Shown here piece by piece: positions 46,714 through 56,856 of a stretch of DNA of 64,000 nucleotides; within the stretch, counting starts at the first letter, position 1; every line of letters begins with the position of its first letter. The position numbers were made by a program, and so were the translations under genes. The notes below the pieces were generated by a model, which had not been told where the DNA came from, did not search any database, and worked only from the letters and a program-made list of their open reading frames with translations. This stretch comes from an uncultured Gammaproteobacteria bacterium (lineage in GTDB: Bacteria; Patescibacteriota; Patescibacteriia; Magasanikbacterales; UBA922), in assembly GCA_964597575.1 (NCBI GenBank), contig CAZQXB010000001.1:402111-466110 (forward strand), read 5' to 3'.

Positions 46714-47817
46714 ATGGCTCAAAAAGATTACTACAAAATTCTTGGGGTAGAAAAAAGTGCTTCTGAAGACGAAATCAAGAAGGCATTTCGTAAACTTGCT
46801 CACCAGTATCATCCAGATAAGCAAAGCGGAGATGAAACTAAATTCAAGGAAATCAACGAAGCGTACCAAGTACTTTCAAACAAAGAAAAACGAGGGAAAT
46901 ATGATCAGTTCGGCTCAGACTTTGAATCCCAGGGTGGATTTGGGGGTGGCATGGGCTGGGAAGATTTCATGCGCCAGGCAAGAAATGGCCAAGGTGGTGG
47001 TTTCGAATTCAACATGGGTGGCATGAATTTTGGAGATATTTTTGGCGACATGTTTGGTTTTGGTGGAGGTGGTGGAGGTCGTGCTCGAAATCGTGGTCGT
47101 GATATCCAGATTGATATTGAAATTCCTTTTCGCCAAGCGGTATTTGGTACAGAACATGAAGTAAAACTCACCAAGCATAATCCTTGCGACGTGTGCAGTG
47201 GTACCGGCGGAGAGCCCGGCAGCCCGGTAAAAACATGTACCACCTGTAATGGGCGTGGACAGGTCGTGAAGATGCAACAAACCATTTTGGGTGCAATGCA
47301 AACCGCCGCCACCTGTTCCGACTGTGCTGGCCGTGGTCAGAAGGCGGAGAAGTCGTGTAAGCACTGTGGAGGAGATGGTGCGGTTCGAAACGAAAGCAAG
47401 TATCGTGTGAAGATTCCTGCGGGTATCGATGATGGTGGAACGATTCGACTGAACGGAAAAGGGGAGTACCCTGGTATTGGAGGCGAGGCCGGAGACATGT
47501 ACGTCGTTGTGCATGTGAAAGCCGACCGAGCGTTTCAGCGCGACGGGAACGATGTTCATACGGATGTTCATATTTCATATCCTCAGGCAGTTCTTGGGGA
47601 TGAAGTGGAGATTGAAACACTTGATGGAAATAAAAAAATAAAAATCCCTGAAGGGGTGCAGCCGATGGAGCGCATTCGTTTAAAGGGAATCGGGATTCCA
47701 AGTTTGCGTGGTAATGGTCGAGGTGATCATTATGTCCGGGTGGTTCTCGATGTACCAAAAAAACCGAACAAGAATTTGAAAAAACTCTTAGAAGATGTAA
47801 AAAAAGAACTCTCATAA
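46714..47817 (+). CDS. dnaJ: molecular chaperone DnaJ
   Basis: J-domain HPD (YHPDK), G/F-rich linker, four CxxCxGxG zinc-finger repeats. Confidence 0.9.
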   Translation: MAQKDYYKILGVEKSASEDEIKKAFRKLAHQYHPDKQSGDETKFKEINEAYQVLSNKEKRGKYDQFGSDFESQGGFGGGMGWEDFMRQARNGQGGGFEFNMGGMNFGDIFGDMFGFGGGGGGRARNRGRDIQIDIEIPFRQAVFGTEHEVKLTKHNPCDVCSGTGGEPGSPVKTCTTCNGRGQVVKMQQTILGAMQTAATCSDCAGRGQKAEKSCKHCGGDGAVRNESKYRVKIPAGIDDGGTIRLNGKGEYPGIGGEAGDMYVVVHVKADRAFQRDGNDVHTDVHISYPQAVLGDEVEIETLDGNKKIKIPEGVQPMERIRLKGIGIPSLRGNGRGDHYVRVVLDVPKKPNKNLKKLLEDVKKELS

Positions 47818-47832
47818 TTGAGAGTTCTTTTT
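47801..47832 (+). terminator. intrinsic terminator after dnaJ
   Basis: AAGAACTCTCA-taat-TGAGAGTTCTT + T-run. Confidence 0.6.
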
Positions 47833-47883
47833 AGTATGGGAGTTGGAATCTTTTCTATTAATTTCATGCGGATGGTAAAAGAA

Positions 47884-48288
47884 TTATCCGCGACGGGCAT
47901 TTAGGGCTTTATTCACTTCCGCATCTGGGGCAGTATTTCGTTCACGAGGAATATGCACCAAACGGACTTTTGAAAACCCCTGCATGGATTTCCGTGCCTC
48001 CATGAATAATTTTTGTAAATGTGGCTCTTTCACCTTCCATTTTCCTTTTAATTGTTCAATCACGAGCTTACTGTCAGCCCGGCATTCAAGTTCCGTTGCT
48101 CCAAGTTCCTTGGCTTTTTTAAACGCCGAAATAATAGCCGCATATTCCGCCACATTATTTGTCTGCACTCCCAAAAATTCTCCATAGGATGCCAGAACTT
48201 CGCCGGCTTCAGTTTGGATTACGACCCCAAGCGCGGCTGGACCAGGGTTTCCTCGTGCGCCTCCGTCAGTATAGGTAATCAATTTCAT
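47884..48288 (-). CDS. rnhA: ribonuclease HI
   Basis: TDGGARGNPGPAALGVVI N-terminus with catalytic D; about 135 aa. Confidence 0.8.
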   Translation of the reverse strand: MKLITYTDGGARGNPGPAALGVVIQTEAGEVLASYGEFLGVQTNNVAEYAAIISAFKKAKELGATELECRADSKLVIEQLKGKWKVKEPHLQKLFMEARKSMQGFSKVRLVHIPRERNTAPDAEVNKALNARRG

Positions 48289-48755
48289 AGTTGTGTAGGT
48301 TTCATAGCACAAAGCCAGTGGATATCGGTGTCAACTCCGCGACCAGAGCGCTGCACTGCCCAGAGCCGTTCAAAGCTTTTTCGTTTCATGGTGTGGGCCT
48401 CGCCTTCAATGGGGTCAAGGAGTGTAATAGTGGTTTGTGAAAGTTTGCCCACTAACGCGTAGTGGCCAGATTTTTCTTCTTCATGGAAATAGCAGACCAC
48501 AACAAAATAGTTTTTCTTCAGATAGTATGCAATGTCGGCTAGGGTTGTAGTATCGCGTGCTACGACATAATTCCATTGCAGTGATTCGGCTAAAGCAGGG
48601 AAGGCACGGTGGCGTGTGCCAGCAACATGAGTCGTTTGAAGAAGGGTGGCTACTTGTTTTTCTGTTTTTGAGATTCCCGCGCTTGCAAGAATCATGCGCA
48701 TAACCGCCGGGCCACAGGTATAGGCCGTTTCTTGGAGAAAGTGAAGAAGTTTCAT
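48285..48755 (-). CDS. papain-like cysteine peptidase, C39-like domain protein
   Basis: QETAYTCGPAVMRMIL Cys motif and GHYALV His motif; ATGA overlap with rnhA. Confidence 0.5.
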   Translation of the reverse strand: MKLLHFLQETAYTCGPAVMRMILASAGISKTEKQVATLLQTTHVAGTRHRAFPALAESLQWNYVVARDTTTLADIAYYLKKNYFVVVCYFHEEEKSGHYALVGKLSQTTITLLDPIEGEAHTMKRKSFERLWAVQRSGRGVDTDIHWLCAMKPTQL

Positions 48756-50539
48756 ACAGTGCTTTTTTGCAAATCAACAATGGTGAGTTGGATTTCTCGG
48801 TTGCCGTTCCACTCGTTCACATCAATTTCAAAAACCATGTCAATGCGGTCGCCAATTTTGAGCTCTTTACCCCAGTTAATTTCATTATCTTCATGGCAGA
48901 GTTTCCAACCTATGGTCTTGCGGATAACATGAGAGCCATCTTGTTTTACGAGAATACGTAAATGTTTTCCATCTTTTCCTACCGGCTCAAGTTGAGAGAC
49001 GTACAGGTTTTTCGCCAAGTATTTGGGACGTTCATTCATCTGTCCAAAGGGTTTGAATTTATCTAAAATATCGTAGAGCTCCCAATTGACTTCATTTAGG
49101 GTTACTTCAGCATCAACCGGGACAATAGGAGTGAGGTTTGCTTCTTTGGTTTGAATATCATGGTTTTCACGCATGTGGGCGGTAAACGCTTCAAGCGCTT
49201 CAGGGGAAGTGAGTGTAAAGCCACACGCCATAGGGTGGCCGCCATATTTGGTAAATAAATCCGGTTTCGCCTGCATGGCTTTGACCATGTTGAACGCTTT
49301 AATGCTTCTGCCTGAGCCCATCACGTTGCCGTTAAATCGGGCGAGCGCAAACACGGGTTTTTCGTATTTATCTTTGAGGCGGCTCGCAATAAGGCCAACA
49401 ATACCAGGTGACCAATCATCACCAATCACGACAAGTACGGGTTTATCCATTTGGCTGGCTTCAATTTGCTTTGTTCCTTGGCGCACTAATTCTTCAGTGC
49501 GTTTTTGCCGATCGACGTTGTTTTGGTCAAGTTGCGCGGCAAGTTCCGCTGCATCTTCTGGGGTCTCGGCCATGAGTAGTTTATAGGCTACGTTTGCGTG
49601 GTCCATTCTGCCAGCGGCATTAATACGGGGAGAAATTTGAAAACCAATTACATCCGCGGTAATTTCACGTTTCATGGCTCCGCTTTCATCAAGGAGCCGC
49701 GCTTCAAGTAACAGTTTTTGGAGTCCAATGCGTTTTGTTTTGTTGAGTACGATGAGTCCGTACTTGGTAAGTGTTCGTGATTCTCCAAGAAGCGGAACCA
49801 TATCAGCCACGCTCGCGATTGCGGCCATATCAAGTTGCCATTTTTCAAAGGCTTCGTGGCGTTCGCCATTTGGAAGTCGCTCATTCGTTTTAGCATGAGT
49901 TCGAAGTACGCCCTGCATGAGCTTGAAGGCAACACCGCCACCGGCTAAGTTTTTATCAGGGTATGTTTCGCCCGGAACCTTTGGGTGAATCGTTGCGTGT
50001 GCCTGGGGAAGTTCAGGAGGCATCGCATGATGATCGGTAATAATTACGTCCATCCCCAGTTCGTTCGCGTGGGCAATTTCTGGGGCATTACTAATACCAC
50101 AATCACAACTAATAATAAGCTTCGTGCCTTCTTTATAGAGGAGCTCCATGGTTTTCATGGCGAGGCCGTAGCCATCATGCTCGCGGTGGGGGAGGAAAAC
50201 ACTGTAATTTGTAAAATGAAGCGCATTAAAGAGGTTTGAGAGAATGACTGACGCCGACACTCCATCGGCATCATAATCTCCATGAATCGTAACGCGTTCG
50301 TTGTTTTCAATGGCTTTAAAAATTCTGGCCACGGCTTTTTCCATGTCACGAAAAAGAAAGGGGTCGTGAATGTCTTCGGAATAATCAGGATTCAAAAATT
50401 CATCAATCGTTTCTTGGGTGCGGATGTTTCGGTGGTAAAGCAATTTCGCCACGATTTGGGGAAGCTCAGGAAAAAGCTCGTAAAAGCCAGCTTCAGGTTC
50501 AGGTAAGAGTTGCCACTGTTTTTTGATCATAGAAAACAA
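48752..50539 (-). CDS. recJ: single-stranded-DNA-specific exonuclease RecJ
   Basis: DHH-family motifs (HGDYDADGV, VIITDHH) and DHHA1 domain. Confidence 0.85.
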   Translation of the reverse strand: MFSMIKKQWQLLPEPEAGFYELFPELPQIVAKLLYHRNIRTQETIDEFLNPDYSEDIHDPFLFRDMEKAVARIFKAIENNERVTIHGDYDADGVSASVILSNLFNALHFTNYSVFLPHREHDGYGLAMKTMELLYKEGTKLIISCDCGISNAPEIAHANELGMDVIITDHHAMPPELPQAHATIHPKVPGETYPDKNLAGGGVAFKLMQGVLRTHAKTNERLPNGERHEAFEKWQLDMAAIASVADMVPLLGESRTLTKYGLIVLNKTKRIGLQKLLLEARLLDESGAMKREITADVIGFQISPRINAAGRMDHANVAYKLLMAETPEDAAELAAQLDQNNVDRQKRTEELVRQGTKQIEASQMDKPVLVVIGDDWSPGIVGLIASRLKDKYEKPVFALARFNGNVMGSGRSIKAFNMVKAMQAKPDLFTKYGGHPMACGFTLTSPEALEAFTAHMRENHDIQTKEANLTPIVPVDAEVTLNEVNWELYDILDKFKPFGQMNERPKYLAKNLYVSQLEPVGKDGKHLRILVKQDGSHVIRKTIGWKLCHEDNEINWGKELKIGDRIDMVFEIDVNEWNGNREIQLTIVDLQKSTV

Positions 50540-50757
50540 TACCCACCGAATAGGAGGGGTATTGTAGCACTGTTTGAATTGAATTGGGAAGTGATCTAGA
50601 ACGTGCCCTGAAACGCCGGCATGATGGTAAAAAACAGCATAGATAAAATGGCAACGATGCTGATAAAGATCCAGAGTCCTTTGGTGAATTTAGAGTGGTA
50701 CATAGAGGTACATTATGATCCCCAGTATGCCATACCCGCGAACCTCTGTCTATTGAC

Positions 50758-50786
50758 AAAAGGGGTGAAATGTGGTATACTGCTTG
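50758..50786 (+). promoter_or_regulatory. consensus promoter TTGACA-17-TATACT driving small high-GC ORF
   Basis: Perfect -35 and near-perfect -10 hexamers. Confidence 0.5.
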
Positions 50787-50832
50787 GCTCTAGAGATGCA
50801 CAAGAATGTGCGTCTACGAGCGGAGGGCTTTG

Positions 50833-50946
50833 AATGTCAATTCGTGTGATCGTCTACGTCGTCGCCATCGCGTGCTGCATGCCACTGCTCCTGCCGGCCT
50901 TCTGGAAGGTCGTGGTCCAGCAGCCAGCAAACCCGCATTGGTAGAC
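50833..50946 (+). CDS. 37-aa hydrophobic peptide (MSIRVIVYVVAIACCMPLLLPAFWKVVVQQPANPHW), type I toxin-like small membrane peptide candidate
   Basis: GCGGAGGG RBS 6 nt before the ATG; single predicted TM helix; terminator at 51042-51075; high GC. Confidence 0.3.
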
Positions 50947-51041
50947 CGGCGCAAGCGACAACTGGGGCTCCGGTGTGCACTCTGTGTGCGCCGCGAACCC
51001 CAATATCTTTGTGAAAAGAAAGTATTCTTTTTAGAAAGATC

Positions 51042-51075
51042 AAATCCGACCTTGTATGGTCGGATTTGTATTTTG
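51042..51075 (+). terminator. intrinsic terminator AAATCCGACC-ttgtat-GGTCGGATTT + T-run
   Basis: Perfect 10-bp hairpin. Confidence 0.65.
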
Positions 51076-51138
51076 AAAAGTAAGGCTTTGCAATCAAGAA
51101 AAGCTCTGTTACTATAATCTTGTATTTGAGCCTATTCT

Positions 51139-52719
51139 ATGAAATTTCGAGGTGAGGGACTTGGTGGGTATGTGCCTGAAGAGGTGAAGGAGGGGCGAGT
51201 TGAGTCCGGTCGGGAGCAGTACAGAATACTTTTACGACAAGCACAGACATTGGCTGACTCATACCATGGTACTGATACCGAATATCATAAATTTTTTAAA
51301 GTTCTTCGTGAGTTAGAAGAGCTTGCGGCAACAAGTCCAGAGGCCCAGGGAGGTACTCCTAAAGAACGCGAAGAATTTGTAGCAAAAAAATGGCAAGAGA
51401 CCGAAACCCCTTATACTATTGAGCTCCTTATTGGTATCTCAAAAATAACGCGAGATGCCTATGTTCGTGATGTTTTGAATAGAGAAAAACATAAGGGTGA
51501 CAGTGAAAAAGGAGAGCATCTTCGTTTGCGGTATATTCTTCCTCCTGGGGACGGTGCTATTCAAGAGTCTCAAGGAAAAAGCGAGTGGGAACCTCGTCAA
51601 TATGAAGAGCGTATTCTGCCGTTGATTCGCTTGTTAGAATCGGAAGGTGTTTTTGTGGATGATATAGAAATCGTAGTGGGAGATGAACCAAAGCGAGCTA
51701 TTCGGACTCAGAGTTATGCTGCGCTTCATATCCCGCGACTTCATCGGATGGTATTAGTTTGTGATTTGAAAGCTGAGGCAACCTTTGTGGTCCATGGGTA
51801 TCTGAGCGAAGAAATACTTTCAAGCGAAACGAAGGAGAGTTTGGTTGCCCGCTTCCCTGATCGTGTTCGTCGGGTGATACACGCCTCAGAGGAACAGTGG
51901 TTGCGAGATATAAAGGCTCTTTTGTTTGATGATAACTGGGGTGACACCCAGAAGGTTTCTATTGATGAGCAGCAGGCGATTCGAACAGAACTTTTAGAAA
52001 TGATGGGAAATTCATCGGAGAAATGGGTGGCACTAGGGTATGAGGAGTTACGAGCATTACGGGTTCGAGGGCGTAAAATCGAAAGTGTTATAAATGCGTT
52101 TGGCTCTAAAGGGAAAGCTGGTACGAATAAAAGTGCTCTTGCGCTTGAGGCACTCTATCTGGGGCTAGAGATATTCGGTCTCGACGAGTGTATTCTTCGG
52201 GCGATAGAAATTGCGGAGCGTACCCCAACGAAGTGGAAAGAAAAAATTCAGAGAAGATTTACTGCTGCCAATCTTCTGTCCATGTCAAAGACAGAAAGAA
52301 AAAATATTGAGATCGATGGATACAAACTTGATGGACTTGCACGGAGGGTCTCACCGGATAAAAAGATTATCCCTATGAATGGACCAAAAGAGTTTTTGGA
52401 ATTTCTTACGGAGGTATATGGTGAGGATAACCAGGATGTACAGCAAGAGGCTAGACGCGTTGCAGACAGGGAGGCGGTAAAAGAAAAACCGCTTCCAGTG
52501 TTTATAGAAGAAATCAAAAAGTACTACCCAACAGAGCGTGATTGGCAGGCTATGAATACTACAGACCAAAATAAATTAGTTATTTTCGGAATAAAGTACA
52601 ATGCACTCATGTCCTATTTCGGAGTAGTGCCTCAAGGCTCTCACCGTAACGATGAGAATCATCGTGCCCTGGGACGAAAAATTTATCAGAGCACCACAGA
52701 AATATCTGAAAAAGAATAA
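51139..52719 (+). CDS. hypothetical protein (526 aa), no recognised domain
   Basis: Long ORF bounded by terminators at both ends; balanced composition. Confidence 0.4.
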   Translation: MKFRGEGLGGYVPEEVKEGRVESGREQYRILLRQAQTLADSYHGTDTEYHKFFKVLRELEELAATSPEAQGGTPKEREEFVAKKWQETETPYTIELLIGISKITRDAYVRDVLNREKHKGDSEKGEHLRLRYILPPGDGAIQESQGKSEWEPRQYEERILPLIRLLESEGVFVDDIEIVVGDEPKRAIRTQSYAALHIPRLHRMVLVCDLKAEATFVVHGYLSEEILSSETKESLVARFPDRVRRVIHASEEQWLRDIKALLFDDNWGDTQKVSIDEQQAIRTELLEMMGNSSEKWVALGYEELRALRVRGRKIESVINAFGSKGKAGTNKSALALEALYLGLEIFGLDECILRAIEIAERTPTKWKEKIQRRFTAANLLSMSKTERKNIEIDGYKLDGLARRVSPDKKIIPMNGPKEFLEFLTEVYGEDNQDVQQEARRVADREAVKEKPLPVFIEEIKKYYPTERDWQAMNTTDQNKLVIFGIKYNALMSYFGVVPQGSHRNDENHRALGRKIYQSTTEISEKE

Positions 52720-52745
52720 AACACCCAACGGAGGGTGTTTTATTC
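52717..52745. terminator. bidirectional terminator AAAACACCC-aacgga-GGGTGTTTT between convergent genes
   Basis: Perfect 9-bp hairpin. Confidence 0.6.
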
Positions 52746-54535
52746 TATCGTTTAAGGACCGCGAGGTATGCCTCGGTTGGAATATCCACCTTGCCACGGC
52801 CAAGCTCCTTCATCTTTTTCTTTCCTTTCTTTTGCTTGTTCAAGAGTTTGTTTTTACGTGTTACGTCTCCACCATATAATTTGGCAGTCACATCTTTTCG
52901 AAGTGCAGAAATGCGCTCACTTGCGACCACTTTTCCGCCAATCGCAGCCTGAATTTTTAACTCAAATTGTTGACGCGGAAGAGAATCCTTTAGCGATTCA
53001 GTCACTTTTCGGCCAACCGCTTGGGCATCATCACGCCACACGAGCATGGCGAGTTCTTCTACTTGGTCTTCGGCGACAATAATATCAAGGCGAACAACGT
53101 CCGCTTTTTCGTACCGTCGAAATTCGTAATTGAGTGATGCGTAACCGCTCGAGACCGTTTTTAATTTGTCGTAAAAATCAGTAATGAGCGATGCCAGTGG
53201 CATTTCGTAATGAAGAAGTGCTCGTTGGTCTGAGCCGGTACTTAAATACTCGGTGTTCGCATAGCGACCCTTGCGTTCAGTGACCAGACCCATCACGTTT
53301 CCAATAAACCCTTGAGGTGTAATAATGTCGACCGCCATCCACGGTTCTTCCACGTGTTCAATGCTCTGTGGATCAGGCATTTCTTGTGGGCTCTTAATCA
53401 TGACCATCTCTCCATTGGTTTTGTGAATGTGATACGCGACGCTCGGAACGGTAACGACGATATGCATGTCGAATTCTCGCTTCAAGCGTTCCTGAAAAAT
53501 ATCTAAGTGAAGCATGCCAAGGAATCCACAGCGAAAACCAAACCCCAAAGCTTGTGAATGTTCTGGTTCGTAGATAAGAGATGAATCAGAGAGGCGGAGG
53601 CGGTCAATCGCATCGCGAAGTTCAGCATAGTCATCGCCTTCTTTCGGGAAGATACCGGCGAAGACCATGGGTTTGATTTCTTTATACCCAGCGAGTGGTT
53701 CGCTGGCCTGCGTTTTTTCAAGTGTGATCGTATCACCAACGCGCACATCGCCCAAGGCTTTGAGCCCAGTTACGACATATCCAATATAGCCGTTTTCGAG
53801 TACGGGTTCTGGCATGGGTTTTGGGGTATAGCGACCGACTTCGAGTACGGGGGCTACTGCCTTTGTTTTCATGAAGCGTACCTGGTCACCTTTTTTTAAG
53901 CTTCCGTCGATCATGCGCACTGAAGCAACTACACCACGGTAATCATCGTAAAAGGAATCGAAAATTAAACAGCGAACTTCGTTTTCTTTGAGGGGTTTTG
54001 GTGGGGGAACGCGCTCAATAACCGCATCGAGTAATTCAGGAACACCCATGCCGGTTTTTCCAGAGCAGGTTAAAATATCTTCTTTTTTGCAGCCTAAAAG
54101 ATGAATAATTTCGGCACTGGCTTTTTCTACGTTTGCATTTGGAAGATCGATTTTGTTCAGAACCGGAATAATGGTGAGATTTTGCTCGAGCGCTAAATAC
54201 AAGTTAGCAATGGTTTGGGCCTGCACCCCTTGGGACGCATCAACGAGAAGAATCGCACCTTCAACAGCCGCGAGCGAGCGAGAAACTTCGTAGCTAAAAT
54301 CCACGTGTCCCGGAGTATCAATAAGATTAAGAACACGTCCTTTATACGCCATGCGAACCGGCTGGAGTTTAATCGTAATACCGCGTTCTTGCTCGAGTTC
54401 CATCTGATCAAGAAGCTGGTCGCGCATGTGGCGTTTGTCGACGGTACCCGTAATTTCCAAAAAACGGTCAGCCAAGGTGGACTTCCCGTGATCGATATGG
54501 GCAATAATACAGAAATTGCGAATGTCTTGGTTCAT
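52745..54535 (-). CDS. lepA: elongation factor 4 (LepA)
   Basis: IIAHIDHGKSTLADR G1 motif, DTPGHVDF, LepA-specific C-terminal domain. Confidence 0.95.
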   Translation of the reverse strand: MNQDIRNFCIIAHIDHGKSTLADRFLEITGTVDKRHMRDQLLDQMELEQERGITIKLQPVRMAYKGRVLNLIDTPGHVDFSYEVSRSLAAVEGAILLVDASQGVQAQTIANLYLALEQNLTIIPVLNKIDLPNANVEKASAEIIHLLGCKKEDILTCSGKTGMGVPELLDAVIERVPPPKPLKENEVRCLIFDSFYDDYRGVVASVRMIDGSLKKGDQVRFMKTKAVAPVLEVGRYTPKPMPEPVLENGYIGYVVTGLKALGDVRVGDTITLEKTQASEPLAGYKEIKPMVFAGIFPKEGDDYAELRDAIDRLRLSDSSLIYEPEHSQALGFGFRCGFLGMLHLDIFQERLKREFDMHIVVTVPSVAYHIHKTNGEMVMIKSPQEMPDPQSIEHVEEPWMAVDIITPQGFIGNVMGLVTERKGRYANTEYLSTGSDQRALLHYEMPLASLITDFYDKLKTVSSGYASLNYEFRRYEKADVVRLDIIVAEDQVEELAMLVWRDDAQAVGRKVTESLKDSLPRQQFELKIQAAIGGKVVASERISALRKDVTAKLYGGDVTRKNKLLNKQKKGKKKMKELGRGKVDIPTEAYLAVLKR

Positions 54536-54652
54536 AATTTTCGCTTATTCTAGCACGGGAGAAGAGAAAAAACAAGCCAGAAATGCGAAACCCACCAGTT
54601 GTTGAGTTGGTGGGTTGGTAGAATGGACCTCTGAGGGGATTAGCCGGATAGC

Positions 54653-55198
54653 CTAAGCCCCGGCCGTGAGTTGCTTTACATCAGCGGCAGGAAGCGCCTT
54701 CATTGCGCCCAGGGCGAGCGAGAAGATGGTTGAGCTTCCGGGGTTCGACGCGTGGCGCTCGAGAAGCCCGGTGCCCGCAAGGGTCTGCAGTGCCGCCCAC
54801 ATACCGAACCGGTCAAAGTTTTCGCCCTCGCGCTCAATACCCTCTCTGACCTCCTGGAGCGTATATCCCTTTGCTGGTTCAGTGGGATTCTCGATCCATT
54901 GAGCGACGAACCAGTTGCTGACCCGAGCGATGAGAGACACGTCATCCTCTCGTGGGTCCGCGAGGTCAGCCGGACGAAATACCACGACTGGTTTTGGGGT
55001 GAGGACAAGCTCCGCTGAGAGGGCTCCGGCGCGAAGAAGGTCAGCCAGCTGGGGTGAGACATCATCCTCTGTCGTTCCGGTAGCCTCAGCAATCTGTGCT
55101 GCAGTGAAACCGAATAGGGTCTCCATCGGTCTTTTTTCCCACATGTTCTCGATTGTGTTCGGCAAAGATCGGGCGATTTGATTCTTATTCAGGGCCAT
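54653..55198 (-). CDS. hypothetical high-GC protein (181 aa)
   Basis: TTGACC-17-CATACT promoter overlapping the murJ stop; ACGGAGGA RBS; about 60% GC. Confidence 0.4.
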   Translation of the reverse strand: MALNKNQIARSLPNTIENMWEKRPMETLFGFTAAQIAEATGTTEDDVSPQLADLLRAGALSAELVLTPKPVVVFRPADLADPREDDVSLIARVSNWFVAQWIENPTEPAKGYTLQEVREGIEREGENFDRFGMWAALQTLAGTGLLERHASNPGSSTIFSLALGAMKALPAADVKQLTAGA

Positions 55199-55239
55199 TC
55201 TTGTCCTCCGTAGGCCACCAGTATGCCACAACAATCCAC

Positions 55240-56856
55240 CTAGGTCAAGGTATCGTTTTGAGGTGGTGCGCTTGGAACTTCACGGATATTTACAAAGCGC
55301 TTGTTTAAACTTTCAAAGAATCGAAGCATTTCTTCTGTCTTTAAAAGAAATGTAAGTCCGGTATATACAATGAGGCCGATACACCCAGCCACGAATCCTT
55401 GGGTAAATATTCCCCAGAATCGGGTCATGTCAACAAGTGCTGCAAGCGGTCCTTTTACATACTGTACGATAAGCCCCATCACAATGGTGGCGACGGTCAT
55501 TTTCAATAATGATGGAAGACGCATTTTTTCATGAAGCGTACCAAGTGCTAACCGAAGCGTGGTCCAGAGTACCGCAAATTGGATGACCGCCCCTGCCGAG
55601 AAAGCGAGTGCGAGGCCCGGGGCGCCAAGGGTTTTAATCGTGAGGGGGCCAAGGGCAATAGTTGTGATAGTGCCAAACACTGCAGCGAGAAGCGGCATAG
55701 TGGTATTTTCTCGGGCAAAGTGAGCGCGCGCTAAAAGGGGGATAAGGCCTTGTGCAAATAAGGACACGGCAAAAAAGGCGACGGCATCAGCCGTATCAAT
55801 CGTCGCACTCCAATCAAACGCACCACTCCCTAAAATAACTCGGACAATTTGGGCACGCAGAAGAATGAGAAGAGCGGTACACGGTAAGAGAAAAAATAAT
55901 AATTGCCCAACCGTTTGAGAGATTTGAGTGCGAAGAGCGGGAATATCATCTTTTGCTGCAAGCTCAGACAGGGTGGGAAACGCTGCAACCGCAAAAGAGA
56001 GTGCAATCATCCCAATCGGTACATACTGGACATTATTGGCAAATGAAAAAACACTGAGTGCACCAGCGCCTAACGTTGATGCAAGAGAAGTGATATAGAG
56101 AAGATTTGCTTGAGCGGCCCCGAGTCCGAGAAGTCTTGGGATCATGAGGCGTAAAATGGTTCGTACTTCTGTGAGTTTTGTGGTAAGGTTTGGGCGAAAA
56201 ACATACCCTAACCGAAAGACGCTCGGAAGTTGTATCGCTACATGAAGGAGGGCGCCAAGAATGACTCCGTACCCTAAGCCGATAGGTCCAAATATGGGAA
56301 CAAACAAACACGCCCCAAGCATGATACCGACATTATAGACAATCGGGGTCAGGGCGTAGACGCGAAATAACTTGTGCATTTGTAAAATACTTCCGAGGAT
56401 TCCGCTGACCCCAAGAAGAATGGGGGAAAGCAGCATGATTTTCGTAAGAGTAAGGGTAAGGGCTCGCGTTTCCGCGTTAAATCCAGGAGTGAGTTTTTCT
56501 ATAAAAAAAGGAGCGGCGAGGAAAGCGACAAATGAAAGAGCACCTAAGCCGACGAGTGTGAGAGAGAGAATGGCATTGGTTACCTCTTTTGCTCGAGCAT
56601 TTTTTTCTTTGAGAAGTCCTCCAACAACTGGAATAAACCCAGCGGAAAGTGCGCCAACAATCAGGAGTGTGTAGATGGTATCGGGAATGCGGAAAGCGGC
56701 GTAATACGCATCAAGGGTTGGCCCTGCGCCGAAAAGGTGGGCTAAGAGTCGGTCACGCAAAAGGCCGATAATACGACTTAAAAAACCGGCGAGCCCGAGA
56801 ATCACGGCCGCGCCAGTAATGGTTTTCGATTGTGTAGAAAAAAGACGGGGAATCAC
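55240..56856 (-). CDS. murJ: lipid II flippase MurJ/MviN
   Basis: 14-TM MOP-superfamily topology, conserved N-terminal RDRLLA motif. Confidence 0.8.
   Translation of the reverse strand: MIPRLFSTQSKTITGAAVILGLAGFLSRIIGLLRDRLLAHLFGAGPTLDAYYAAFRIPDTIYTLLIVGALSAGFIPVVGGLLKEKNARAKEVTNAILSLTLVGLGALSFVAFLAAPFFIEKLTPGFNAETRALTLTLTKIMLLSPILLGVSGILGSILQMHKLFRVYALTPIVYNVGIMLGACLFVPIFGPIGLGYGVILGALLHVAIQLPSVFRLGYVFRPNLTTKLTEVRTILRLMIPRLLGLGAAQANLLYITSLASTLGAGALSVFSFANNVQYVPIGMIALSFAVAAFPTLSELAAKDDIPALRTQISQTVGQLLFFLLPCTALLILLRAQIVRVILGSGAFDWSATIDTADAVAFFAVSLFAQGLIPLLARAHFARENTTMPLLAAVFGTITTIALGPLTIKTLGAPGLALAFSAGAVIQFAVLWTTLRLALGTLHEKMRLPSLLKMTVATIVMGLIVQYVKGPLAALVDMTRFWGIFTQGFVAGCIGLIVYTGLTFLLKTEEMLRFFESLNKRFVNIREVPSAPPQNDTLT

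Noticed and set aside
46905-47815. Long antisense ORFs within dnaJ (46915-47571-, 47168-47815-) and Cys/His-rich frames
   Set aside because: They are antisense to a confidently identified dnaJ with intact motifs. Their composition is low-complexity (Pro/His/Arg-rich), typical of reverse frames.
50590-50710. 38-aa minus-strand hydrophobic ORF (MYHSKFTKGLWIFISIVAILSMLFFTIMPAFQGTF) upstream of recJ as a SecE/SecG-like gene
   Set aside because: It has no Shine-Dalgarno or promoter support, and a competing 86-aa frame overlaps it. It is kept as a note, not annotated.
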